In this document: one piece after another, positions 1-11,847 of the stretch
How the letters are laid out: every line of letters begins with the position of its first letter
How positions within the stretch are numbered: position 1 is the stretch's first letter
Source of the DNA: Tubulanus polymorphus
Taxonomy: Eukaryota; Animalia; Nemertea
Reading direction: 5' to 3'
Length of the DNA: 64,000 bases
Assembly: GCF_964204645.1 (NCBI RefSeq)
Contig: NC_134025.1
Span: 18,513,101 to 18,577,100, forward strand
Notes under the pieces: model-generated
What the model saw: the letters and a program-made list of their open reading frames with translations, nothing else
Told to the model about the DNA's origin: nothing
The model's database searches: none
Program-made: the position numbers and the translations under genes

Positions 1-68
1 GTTATTTCATTTGGAATGTATTGTTTCACATATAATTAAATTATAACTGAATATTCTTGTGATTCTAG

Positions 69-578
69 TGGCTTCTCAAAGAATTCATACCATTCCTGGA
101 CGAATGGGAAGGAGAAAAAGACCTGTATGAAGGTTTGACAAAGGCACAAAAAGCAAGAAAATGTTTGAGTTGGGAAACAATTGAAGGCTTCCGGATAACT
201 GGTGTGTTTCTTCTCCTTATATCGATAGAAAACCTTATGTGATCACCATTATTGAACAAGATTTGATTTTATATATTTTCAGTGTTCTCTTTTACTGAGT
301 TGACAGTCGAGTTATTAAATATCAATGGAGTGGAATATTTCCTCAGCGAGAAGCTCAGCCAAGATCCGTTAGAAGAGCACTTCTCGAAACAAAGAAGTTG
401 TGGAGGAAACAGTGACAACCCCACTGCCGCCGCTTTTGGCCACAATGAACTCAACCTTATGATAGCAGGAAATTGTGCGAAGGCATCGTCAAAAGGCAAT
501 TTCCATGGTAAATTCAGAAGAGATGACGACATAGACATTGAATCGGTTGTGCCTCTTAAAAGAAAAAAATGTACTTAA
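69..578 (+). CDS. P-element/THAP9-like transposase, last two exons (69-201, 283-578)
   Basis: A GT-AG intron at 202-282 joins WLLKEFIPFLDEW...LSWETIEGFRIT-V-FSFTEL in frame. The motif YFLSEKLSQDPLEEHFSKQRSCGGNSDNP matches the QDxLExxF..R..GG..NP catalytic-E region of P transposases. Confidence 0.88.
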
Positions 579-658
579 AAGTCGAAAAGTGTATTTATTT
601 GTATGTCAGTAGTATTACAAATGAAAAAGTGAATACATGTAGACAGGTACAAAATAGA

Positions 659-2145
659 TCAGTTCTTGTTAGCCAATACTTTTCTTAATGATTTTTCACC
701 TTTTTTGGATACATTTTTGATATTATTTTGTTTTCTAATGTACATGAAAGCATCCTTGAATGCAGTGACACGAATGTCGATCCAGTATGTAATTACTCGT
801 CTAAGCAAATTGCGACTCAGATTTTCGTCACTGACAAAACGTGTCGTCAATGTCTTCCAAGAATTTTTAACGGTTACACTCCGTTCGATTTGTTGAAGCA
901 GCTTTTCTTTGATATTTAATCCGTTCAATGTGTGTACATCATTTATTTGGAGATGAGGGCGAACAACATTCTCTAATAGTTTAAAAAAAGTTGTATACAC
1001 TGTCTTTTACTTGGAAAAGACCGCCACGATCAACAGCCTTGATCCAGAAAGTTGTATAATCGAGGTAACTGTTCTGTTCCAAGTTTTCCTTTGTGTCGCA
1101 TTCGGCTCTCCAATGTTCTAAGATATTTAGAATTGCTGCAGCAGCAGTGTTGTTTTTTAAGCGCGAATAGTACTTAATCAGTGCATGAGGAATATATCCT
1201 GCTGCATACCTCAATGCTTGTTCCTCTTCGTTGGTGAGTGGAGCTAGTTGACTAGAATTTTTAGAGGTCGATTCATATCTTTTGTCAATTAAACCTTTGA
1301 ATATCTCCTTGAGCAATGACTGAATGAAAAGACTGCCTGCCCGATTGTCGAAATCCGTGCTCTGTGCACATTTAAAAACCAAAGTTTTTACATCATCATC
1401 TACTTCTTTACCACTAGAATACGTATGAAAGTTTGCCCACATCTTATCAAAATCGTTGTTTTTCAGAAAAGCTTGGTCTAGCGATGATAGGATATGAGAA
1501 TACCATGTCTGAACGAATACAGAATCAATCTCATTTAAAACTAACTTTGCGTAAATTTTCGCCAATTTTCCGTGAGTGCTATACGCAAATAGTCGGTTTT
1601 CCTCAATGATTTTGAGTGATTTGTGTAATAATGTGCTGAAATTGAAGAAAAACACAGTTTTATTGTTAAATCCTATCATGTACATTACATTTCATTAACT
1701 ATCGTTTTTGTATTTTGTAAGTAATGTTTGTAAGTAATATTGTACATAATATAAAATGTTACGAACAGCCTGTCAGCTTTATTTCAATACACGGATAATT
1801 ATCATTTGAACTTACTCATAGTATTTCTTTTCCTTCTGGAAACTTTCATCATTGATTTGTGGCGATTCCAACTCTACATAAATAAAAAATATTTGTTTAA
1901 AATAGTGACTTTTATGTTGTTTTTCTGAAAGGATTAAAACAGACTACTTTCATTCAGCCCTCTTCAATAATAGGCTTTTTATGCTCAGTTAGGAAGCATC
2001 ATAACCTACCTTTATCGTCATTGGCAGAAAATAGGTTGAATTGTTCTTTGTAATAATTTTTTTCTATCATTTGAAGCTCTATGAGGTCTTCCTCATCGAA
2101 TTCTGTGTCAGAAATTTCTGCATCGCTACAATAGCCTGCCGCCAT
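659..2145 (-). CDS. Three-exon companion gene (exons 2145-2010, 1873-1816, 1635-659) with a YxAGY...W...DRGGL domain; one +1 frameshift
   Basis: Starts at AAAATGGCG. Donors GTAGGT and GTAAGT and acceptors TAG and TTTCAG splice in frame (MAAGYCSDAE...DDK-ELESPQ...YY-DTLLHKS). Motifs EEQALRYAAGYI and WIKAVDRGGLF. One extra T in a T7 run at about 983-989 separates the two track ORFs. Confidence 0.8.
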
Positions 2146-2325
2146 TTTCTATTATAACCGGTAACTATCAACATACGGAAATTACCGAGTGTTGACGGAG
2201 ATTACCGAGTGAACATAAACTCGCGCATATCGTATTACGTAATTAGCTCTTCCAAGTACGGCGGCATCGCTGATACGATCAAAGACAGCTGACTCGTTCA
2301 TACTCCATTCACTCCCACCTCCCTG

Positions 2326-4065
2326 GTTTGACGAATCAGCCCGGGTTTGTGTTCTTGGTATGAAATGGTCTGTTGATCATGATAAACTAAAATATACTGA
2401 TTTCCTTAGTCTTAAAAACTGACACAAAGCGAGAAGTACTTCAATATGCTTCCAAGGTGTTTGACCCACTTGGATTCTTGCTCCCTATTACTATAAGAGC
2501 TAAGAGGTTGTTTCAAGATCTCTGCAAAGAAGACGGATTGGGATGAAGTCTTATCACCGGATATAACTGTGGATTGGCTACGAATAGCAATGACATTTCT
2601 GCAGCCACCAAATTAGAATTTGAAAGACATTATTTCATTGGCAATTTATAGCTGCTTCCGAAGTTGCCTTGAATGTCTTTGTCGATGCTAGCCAGAAATC
2701 TTAAGGTGCGGTTGTTTTTGTGTCATGGATATCCAAGTCTACGGTGGTGTTCGCAAGATCGAAGGAAGCCCCGGTAAAAGGAGTGACATTACCACATCTA
2801 GAACTGATAGCAGCCCTCCTTGGTGCAGAGATTGGTGATTACGTATTCTCGTCCTTAAGTAAGCAATTAAACATATAATACGTGAATTATTGGAGTGACA
2901 GTCAGATTGTGTGACATTAGTTAGCTAGCAATAAAGACCTACATCTTCATAGCCAAAAGAGTAGGGAAGTTCAAAAGTTTAAGTGTTAGTTCAAATTGGC
3001 GATATTGTACAACAAACCACAACCCTGCTGATTCACTTGCAAGAGGAAATACTACCAAATCACTTTCATCGTCAAGTTTGTGGTGGATGGGTACAAAGTA
3101 GTTATGTGATACATGTAAATGGCAAGCATGGGACCCATCTATAGTTTTGGTTACAAGTTTGAATCGCGAAAGAAATGACAATACTCAGCCTGTGACAAAA
3201 GATGGAACCACTGGTATCCACAAATTAGTTGATGTTGAACAATACAGCTGTCTATGGAAATTATTGCGAATTACAGCCTGCATACGTAGATTTGCAAACA
3301 TCATGAAATATCCGCAAGCACCACCTGATGAAGTATTGAAGAGTACAGAACTACCCAAAGCGGAAATGTTATGGGTGAAGTCATGTCAAATACAATGTTT
3401 CGACTGATGTGATTTGTTGTGGTGGGAGGATCCAGAATGCAGAACTTGATGTGATTACAGTATATGTATGTTAAAATTAGAGGATGTGATATCTGTAAGA
3501 AGATTGCAGGTGGAGCTTTCAAAACACCATGTTTCGCGCCATCGCCAAAATGCAGAATCACTCAAGCTCAAGCCTTTGAGGTAACTGGTGTAGGTTTCAC
3601 AGGATCACTATTAGTGAAAGAAAGGGGTGAGACCATTACTGTTGATGTTTGCTTGTTCACATGTGCTGTGACATGAGCAGTATATCTGGAACTGGTCAAT
3701 GATCTGGGAGTGTACACCTTTATGAGAGCCTTCAGACGATTTGCTAGCTGAAGAACAATGCCAAGGAGAATGATGTCAGACATGCCATGCCGCTGCAGAT
3801 CAGTTGAAGGCACTCATGGACTCCCTATATGTGAAGAACTATCTTGCAAGAATGGGGTTGAATGGGCATTTATTCCTAAGAGAGCTCCATGGTATGGAAG
3901 GTTTTGGGAGCGTCTGATTGGCCTGATGAAGAAAACACTGAAGAAAGTCCTGATAACATTTGATGAGATGACTACTTTACTAATAGAAGTAGAGGCTGTT
4001 CGTTAACCAATATGTCAGCTGGAGATAATATTTTATCTATTTCACCTTCACATCTGTTTTCATGA
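2326..4065 (+). pseudogene. BEL/Pao LTR retrotransposon pol remnant (RT end, RNase H, integrase)
   Basis: Motifs VLGMKW, KVFDPLG, VFVDASQ, APVKGVTLPHLEL, WSDSQ, NPAD..RG, TGVxFTG, LFTCAVT and RAPWYGRFWERL, with many stops and frameshifts. Confidence 0.92.
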
Positions 4066-4814
4066 CCGTAGGCGTAATAGAAAAACGAATTCACCTTAAC
4101 CGTGAACCGCGCACCTGCAAGCACCTATTTGTGCACCTGGTGGGCACTTGTTGAGGGCAGGTCGTTTACGTTAGTGTTATCGTTGAATCGTCTTATTTGC
4201 AATATACCCGCCTAAGTTGATTTATTTATCTATCAATTAATAAATAAGCCATATATTTTCCATCAAAATGATAAAATAATTTAAAGAAAATATATTTGTA
4301 ATAGAAAATAAACATGACACTGCGTCGTCAGCCGGTTGCTTGTAGAAAACCATGGCAGTCAGCTGATTAGAACTGTGTGAATTTCTCGAAGTTCTTAGCG
4401 CAGTATGAGCTTTAAACCCGGGTTCACCAAGTGATTCACATATATTCTATAAGAGAATATAAATAACTTAAGATGTCAACAACAAAAGGTAAGTTTCAAT
4501 ATTAAGACGTCAAAAAATTAAAATTTCATGTGAAATAGCGATGTGCGTCGAAGGCGTCAATTCAAATCAATCAATTTGACTTCCAATTAAATTATCAATC
4601 GATAAAAATCAAGACTGTCAACAACTACATTAGCATCAACGTTACTAGCAAGTGCCATCTAAAATGCTGGGCTGTTGGCCTATCATTGTAAGATTAAGTA
4701 TTTCTGGTGAATATGATAGGATGGAAATACTTGCCACCTTGACTTATCAAATGCTGATTTGAAATAGAATGATTTGGAGCATAGTGCATCATTTGAATAA
4801 AGAAATGAAATTCA

Positions 4815-4816
<2 letters not shown>

Positions 4817-4873
<57 letters not shown>
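4817..4873. repeat. (TA)n microsatellite
   Basis: Directly visible. Confidence 0.97.
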
Positions 4874-5708
4874 GCTTTATATTCACATTATTGACCGTAT
4901 TTTCATGCAGTTGATGCGTCCATTCAATTCCATACACTATTCAAGTTTCGGGATCTTATACGGCTACCCGCTGATCAGTAACGACGACTCAATCACTAAA
5001 TGTTTATAGATAAGCTTACCACATATTTCAAGGTAATTGAAAAAAATATTTCAAAATTGCTATCGAATGTCAACATGTATAGAGTTACAGGTGATATACT
5101 CAGATAATTCAAGTAACATCAAAATTATTCGGCAATTTTCTGACACGATTTACATTTCTTTACAGATTTTCCATCGGTTAGACTCTTCTTATAGAAACCA
5201 CCGTAACTGCATTTATATGGAACAGATGCTGGTTGCTCTAATGTTTTCGTCGCATAAAGGGCCTGGTTTGGGAAAAGAAGTTTGGAGCGAAACTGAACAA
5301 AAATGAAAGAATGAGGCAAAAATGTACTTACAGTCTTTGCGTTGCTCCGTTGTTTATGGTAAAATTTTGTAAATTTGTGGGGCAGAATAAATATTATCAT
5401 ATGGTTATTCTGGTTTTGTATTTCCACTCCAGGCTAGTCTGCGGTCCTATTGAATTGGCGAAACAGTAGATCCTGCTTACTGGGGGGTATTTGGCCTATG
5501 AAACTGTTCCAGTTTGAATTAAGAAAATCAGGATCGAAAAAAATTCAGTAGCTAACTCGATTTCATGGATCTGGATGCCCACACATTCATTATGCAGTCA
5601 AATTTGCTTAAAGCGGATTGTATATCCCATATTACGACTGAACAAGGCTTTCACATATTTTGGCCTTATTCTGGAGTAAACTTATTCGGATTGAGCAAGC
5701 TTGTCAAA

Positions 5709-6090
5709 CATAGGCGTCGCCGTGGGGGGGGGGGGGATGTGCAAATGAACCCCCTTTTCGGCTAGGTTAACTCATTTTTTACTACATAGTTTTGTAAACA
5801 GTTTAATACTATTTGTAAAGATATACATATTACATAAAACAAACATGCAATTGTTGTAATTTGTTTCTCTTCGCAGTTCTTGTGTTTTTTCCACAGGGTA
5901 CTCACTCAAGGTGGCGGGAAAATGCTTAAAATCGCTTCTTATTTTCAATATTTTCTTGGGGGAGGGCCCCCAAACCCCACATGGGGACTTCAGACCTTCG
6001 GTCCTTGTCAGAGGCAGCTAAGCTGCCTTACTAGAATGGCCAAATTGCCGATATTCGAACCTCCCTAAAAAACCCCTGGCGACGCCTATG
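5709..6090. mobile_element. MITE with 13-bp TIR CATAGGCGTCGCC
   Basis: CATAGGCGTCGCC at 5709 and GGCGACGCCTATG ending at 6090. No TSD was recognisable. Confidence 0.8.
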
Positions 6091-6107
6091 AACGATGACG
6101 AAAGAAA

Positions 6108-7700
6108 AACTAGGGGTCCGGGGACACCATGCCCACTTGGAAAGTGGTTTCAAATGCTCAATCTAACAATTTTAATATTCAACGCCCCCTGGTGACCTTA
6201 TACAAAAACCAATGACCTTGAAATTCACTACAATCATAAAACATGTCAGCAGCTACAATCTAGGAATTGGTTGTGATAACAATATATGCCTTGTACCAAA
6301 ATAATATGAAAATACTAAGTCATTTTACTATTCAACATCCCCTGGTGACCATATGCAAAACCCAATAACCTTAAGACCACCACAATCATAGAACATGTCA
6401 TGAACTACAATTTAGCAATTGATTATGGCAACAAAATATACCTACACGTATCGGCCCCACTCCGCGCGGTTGCGCCACCGCACGGGATTTACGCAAAGCA
6501 GCAGAACACAAACACGGCCACTCTCTCAATTTTCAATGATAGAAATCGCGTGTGCATTTCAATTATTTTGGCTGTTAGGGTTTTAAGGCACAATATAAGT
6601 TGATGATGTGATATGGCGATGTTAATTAATGATAATTCTGAACGGTGCCGATTGAGTGTACAGCTGCCAAAAACTCTGAAATGTGCGTAGTTGCGTAACT
6701 ATTTGCAGTGAATTCCAGACGAAACATGAAGCCTTAACGGCCGTTTAAAAATAAATTATACCAATCGCAATTGTAAAATAAAAATGAGATAGAACCTAAG
6801 TTAAAATTCTGGCCATTTCTAAAATGTTATTAATTATTATTACTAATTTTTAGTCAGTGCGGAACGTTTACTTTTCCAACAATAATGAGGGGTGGTAGGT
6901 AGTCATGCAATTCAAGTCATCATTTATTACACGTTACTTCCGTGTTGTTGAAAATCTCGCGAGTCACAAACGCTGGCCACAAATGCACACAGATCACACT
7001 ACACGACCCATTACACACTCCAGTACCCACTGCTTTCATATATCCATCCAAATATTTAGTGACTTTCTTCTTGGGTACCAATAGATAAAGGAAATACTAA
7101 GCTATTCTACTATTCAACGCCCCGTGTTGAAAATATAATATTTCCACCTACGAATGAGTACTGATGACAACAAGATGGCCCCCAATTGCGTGGTAATTGG
7201 CTGATCAAAAATAACTGTCTCATGTATTGAAGATCCCTTTCCATATAATAGCCACCACAAATTTCAATGAAAAATGGCAATCCAGTAGGAAGCTACAGGA
7301 CAGGGAATTCAGGCTAAAATTGACATTTTTAGGCACAAAAAAGGTCACAGGATGACCATCTTGAGTCCGATCAACCCAATTTTTCTTATACTGATGGGCC
7401 CTTGGGAAATACAAATACCAAATACGAAAGATCAAGATAATTGATCAAAGTGTCTTCAAAATTTCCTTCGACAGTTTGAAATGTGTAAAAAGTGCTGATT
7501 TTGGCGAACAACAATGGCTGCCAGTCGGTCGTCTTGAATCTGACAGGGCCAGTTTTTGGGCTGAAGATGTGTCTAGCAAAGATACACGTGTAACCCAAAT
7601 ATAAAGACATTACATTGAAGCGTCTTCAAAACTTCCCAAAATAAGTGGATTCCATCTGGTGAACGCGATAGCACGCTGGACTTGAGTCCCAATGGGCTAA
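6108..7700 (-). mobile_element. Helentron-associated (HINE/DINE-1-like) element, family A, copy 1
   Basis: AACTAGGGGTCC end, ~154-bp internal repeats and a terminal GGGCTAAAA hairpin end. Homologous to 11848-13586 and 44205-45306. An unrelated insert sits at about 6443-7072. Confidence 0.8.
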
Positions 7701-8299
7701 AAAAATAAGGAAAAGAATGCAGACGAGTTTCAATTTAAATGATTATACTCCTCTTTATTCTTAAAGTATTTCTCTATTGTTTTCGATATTTACAATAAAA
7801 GATGAAACAATAGTTTATCATATGGAGCGAAAACCATTTCACTCTTCAACAAAGTGTCTGCAATTACATGACATGAGATGAAATTTGGTCCTTGACTTAT
7901 TGCTGTAGGCTGAATGGTTGTAATTGAAGGTTCGGGCTGGTAAGGTCATGTAACCGCAGGCCTATTCTGTGAATTAACAATAGTAATCATGCATTTTATG
8001 GGCCCAAAGTTGTAATTCGTGCTGTCTGAATAGGGCCTCACCGCCTGTTACTCACTCATGCTCTATTGGCAAATTCTTTCTTTTTCCTCCCTTGGCTGAA
8101 GTGGTAACTGCTTTTACGTTTTGTCTTTGGTTCTTCCATCTAAAAATCAAAGAAAACCTTTTGAATTTCAGCCTTTTCTTTCACAAAGAGGCAATAAAAT
8201 TGATTCAACTTGATATTTTTTAAATTTACCTTCATCTCGATCAAAATCGATGGGCATTGTCCACAGTTCAATTTCAATCATAGAATCATCAGCTGAAGA

Positions 8300-8880
8300 A
8301 GTTGTTTTCGTTGTTCGAACAACCTTTTTTTGTCCAAATGAAAGGTTTTTCGTTTGGACAATATTGTTTGATCAGACAGAAACGTTCCCATTTAGACAAA
8401 ATTTTCTCGTCAGAACATTAAGTTTTTCGTTCAAAGAATTACATTGTAAATAGTTTTTCGTCCGAACACAAAGTATGAAGTATATTGTAAAATTGAACAC
8501 AATTGTTTTCATTCAGACATTCATTTGAACGAAATTGTTTTTCCTCAACATTTTTTTGTCGCGACAAAAAGTTTTCATTTCAACAATAACATAACTTTTT
8601 ATTCAAACAAATTTTTTCGTTCAGAACGAAGAAAAGTTATTCGAACAAAAAGCGTATTGTTCGATCGAACAGAATTGTTTTTATTCGAACAAGATTCTCT
8701 TTGGAACACGTTTTTTGTTTGAACAGATATATTGATTGTTTGAACAGATATATTGTTTGAAGCGTTTTTCGTTCAAAAGAGAAAAATTTGGTGGAACTAG
8801 ATAGTCTTCGTTATAATAAGTAATCTTAATTCGAACAAAATAATCTTCTCATTCGAACACAAAGGTATAATCTGAACCAG
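8300..8880. repeat. Degenerate array of short palindromic TTCGTTCGAACAA-like units
   Basis: Recurrent GTTCGAAC and TGTCGCGACA cores with T/A-rich spacers. Confidence 0.65.
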
Positions 8881-8884
8881 GGTT

Positions 8885-9400
8885 TTCTTCGTATCCAATA
8901 TCCATATCATGCCTTTCAGGTAGAAGCCCAACTTTCTGACCATGAATAGAACACTGCTTAGATCGGTTTGGAAATATACTCTGTCCAGTACATTCTTGAT
9001 TACTCCGTATATCATCTATCAGGGAAGTGAAGAGAAGACGACTTAGGATACTACCTTGTGTGACCCCACTAGTTAGACCGATTTATTCCAAGATGAGTTC
9101 CTTTGATTTCGGCCACCTGTTTTAGTTCAGAGAAATCTGCTGAGCCATTTAAACGATTGATTCATTGATACCGTTTCCGAATAGCTTGTTTAGTAATCGC
9201 TGATGTTATGACTTACCAAGTGCTTTTTCGAAATCCATAAATACTAATAGACCTTACAGTCAATTTTCCAGAGTCAAAGAACTATCTGGTCCAGTCATCC
9301 ATAGTTTCAAAATAGGCCTAATTGACTGTTTGTCGACGGTCCTTTTATAAAACTGTGTTGACGGTTGAACAGGATTCTAAATTCCATTCATTTTCATGGC
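8885..9400 (-). pseudogene. CR1/L2 LINE reverse transcriptase fragment
   Basis: The minus strand gives decayed DFEKA..HQRLLNKL..GI and TQGSILS.LLF (DFxKAFD and PQGSxLGP motifs). A paralog lies at 45655-45870. Confidence 0.75.
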
Positions 9401-9503
9401 ATGGTTTGGCTGCAATCGCGTACACGCGATCGTGGTCGACACATTATCCAGACAAGATCAAGAATATGAACAAGGATATGCAGATAACCCGTTATTGCTG
9501 CTT

Positions 9504-9833
9504 CTAATTATTTAAATGATTATTCCAATTTATTCTACAACCTATTGTTGCACAATAAACAGCAAAATTTAATTGATTCTGCCAATATTTCACATTAGAT
9601 TTTAATAACCATTGTTTTTCATCTTTCAATTTTTCAAAATTTATCAAATATACATGAAATATATTTCCCATTTTAACATTAAAATTATTAGTTTCAGTAA
9701 CATAAATATCTAAATTGATTAATGAATTTAAAACATCATTTCTATATGTAATATCTTTATTAAAATCTATTGCTGGAATATTATATTCGGTTGATTTATC
9801 ATATTGAAAAGCTTTTGGAAAATTATCTACCAT
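9504..9833 (-). CDS. Truncated AT-rich intronless ORF, probably Polinton/adintovirus-derived
   Basis: Contains YWQNQLNFAVYCATIGC, recalled as an uncharacterised family of invertebrate Polinton-like elements (not verified). Extreme AT bias and co-oriented with a penton-like ORF. Confidence 0.5.
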   Translation of the reverse strand: MVDNFPKAFQYDKSTEYNIPAIDFNKDITYRNDVLNSLINLDIYVTETNNFNVKMGNIFHVYLINFEKLKDEKQWLLKSNVKYWQNQLNFAVYCATIGCRINWNNHLNN

Positions 9834-9974
9834 TCATATAATAAGAAAATTAACAATTGATCTATTCTTTTAATAATTTATCCTGTTCCTCAATTGTAAT
9901 ATTTACATTCAAACTAATTATATAATCTTATTTACGGCTTGCCTAAAAATGTATTTTTTCAAATTATAAATTGA

Positions 9975-10556
9975 AACGCATAGGCCTACCTATCTTCGGC
10001 ATGACGTTTTTGGCAGAATTTCAGAGAATCCGTGCTCCAAGTAATAAAAAAGTCTATGAATGTCCCCATTGATTGAATCCAGAAGTTTTCATGAAAATCT
10101 GTCTATTTGACACGATCTCCATCACACACAACTGCACGACGATTCATCATGAATATACACGGTAGCGGTTTTTCCCCACTGACTCAGACTTATGGTGTGA
10201 CGATCTCTATACACTGTGTACGAAGTTTGAAAGACAATATATCTTCGTAAATTGAACAATTTCCACGTTCCAACTTTATTGCCCTTCTATAAAATTCACT
10301 GCTTTTCATGGCCAGCCGCAACGAACACTGGCAGTTGAATCATTTGCAGTTTCCAGGAAAACTTTAACTAGGACACGCGCAAGGCGCGCTCAACATCATA
10401 TACATGCATAGATCAATACATCACATAGCAGCGAGTCTATAACGAGCATGTGTGTGAAGCATGAATATACGTAAAAGGGCATGTGTACTTCCGAAATGAC
10501 ATGTAGTTCCAACAACAAATAAATAAGGATTGAGTAAATTGATAAATAAGCAACAG
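9975..10556. repeat. Interspersed repeat, second copy at about 55290-55884
   Basis: CATAGGCCTACCTATC...ATAAATAAGCAACAG is colinear in both places. Confidence 0.85.
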
Positions 10557-10818
10557 CTTAAGCGAAAGTCCATAATAAAATCTTCATCTAATTCATAAAA
10601 TCTTAAAGAATTTCTAATCAAATCAGTAATTTTTTTCTACATTATAAGTATCTTTATTTATAGTTGTTTCATAATCAAATTTTGTTTCATTAACGATTGT
10701 GGTATGTTTAACATGAGTTATTACATCATTCATATCAAATTTCTTTCTCACGGTTAAAATCAAATCCAAAACACATACTCGGTCCAACAGTCATATTCAT
10801 ATTTATATTACAAAACAA

Positions 10819-11114
10819 TTACTCTTTACATCTTATAACTATTTCATAAATTACAGGAAAATTATTTAAATCAATCAAATATCCATAATGATTTCTAATT
10901 TCTAATTTTAAATCATTAAATTGTGGAATACAAGGTTTAAAATCACATTCAGATAAATTGTAATTTATTTGTGTTCCAAATTGTTTATAATTTCTTTGTG
11001 TTCCAAATTGTTTAACATTTTTTAATGGTTAAATATCTTATATACTAGAATAACAAATTGTACTTTTATTTGCTTCCAATGCTTTTGTAAGTTCTATTAA
11101 ATCACAATAAATAT
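10819..11114 (-). pseudogene. Polinton/adintovirus minor capsid (penton)-like C-terminal fragment
   Basis: Reads YIYCDLIE...PLKNVKQFG...FKPCIPQFNDLKLEIRNHYGYLIDLNNFPVIYEIVI*. It has a stop, a frameshift and a 27-bp tandem duplication, and is cut at 11115 by a HINE insertion. Confidence 0.6.
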
Positions 11115-11608
11115 AACAAGAGGCCCATGGGCCTTGAAGCATTGGTAGATTATACTGTGGTATTAAGTGGTTATAATGTTTTACATCTGCTAGCAAATCT
11201 TCTATGACGATGTTGATTGGGAGGACCACAGACTTAAAGGTCTATTTGTCTAGTACGATTTTATTCCTGAAAATGAATTTATTTCCTGCCGAACGATTTA
11301 GCCTAGGCTATTTGTACTGTTAAACCTCATTAATGCGATTCTGTTAAAAAGACGTAACTAGTTTATTCTGATGTTTTCCATCATGTCCCAGCCAAGATAT
11401 TTATATCAATCAAGATTTGGATACAAAAACCCATTTTTACGCATGAACTGTTAGGCCCCACTGAATAATGAAAACAAAAACAGAACGATTTTTCTGAATG
11501 CAATTGCAAGACCCTCTGATCTTAGAGCTCCAAGCTCTGATGCATGTACTCATGCAAAACGTCGCAGAGAGCGATGCCGGCGTTGGTGTCACTGAGGCCG
11601 GCTGATGA

Positions 11609-11832
11609 TTGTTTGTTTGTCTTTTTGTTTGTTTGGCTATACGTATGTCGTTTGGATCTTGGTTTCCCAAGACTATACCTATTGGATTGTTCATTTAACC
11701 TCACGACGGTACGGCCTTTGAAGCGTTGCCCGCACAATGTTCGCAGCCAGCAGGACTGGAACCCACTTGTCACTCAGCATTGATAGTAGATTCAACAGCA
11801 TCACGCCTTATCTCACCAAGCTACCGAGGCCG
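11609..11832 (-). mobile_element. tRNA-derived SINE carried within family B
   Basis: The head has an A box (TAGCTCAGTG in the 53.4-kb copy) and a B box (GGTTCGAGTCC in that copy, GGTTCCAGTCC here), followed by an (AAAC)n tail. Confidence 0.7.
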
Positions 11833-11847
11833 CTCGATTCAATTCCA

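Larger units (their letters stand above)
1..2325 (+). mobile_element. Right part of a P-element-superfamily DNA transposon inserted into a BEL/Pao element
   Basis: Contains P transposase C-terminal exons and a convergent companion gene. A 17-bp subterminal direct repeat ACGGARATTACCGAGTG lies at 2175 and 2195. The sequence switches to BEL/Pao pol right after ...CCCACCTCCCTG (2325), a plausible ...TG terminus. The left TIR is outside the window. Confidence 0.7.

Noticed and set aside
4074-5700. Exon-like pieces with GT/AG sites around 5160-5430 (also 8057-8300)
   Set aside because: No coherent gene model or recognisable domain could be built.
11740-11832. Functional tRNA gene (also 53330-53420, 27400-27430, 23375-23455)
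   Set aside because: A and B boxes are present, but no convincing cloverleaf forms and the sequences sit in repeats; treated as SINE heads.
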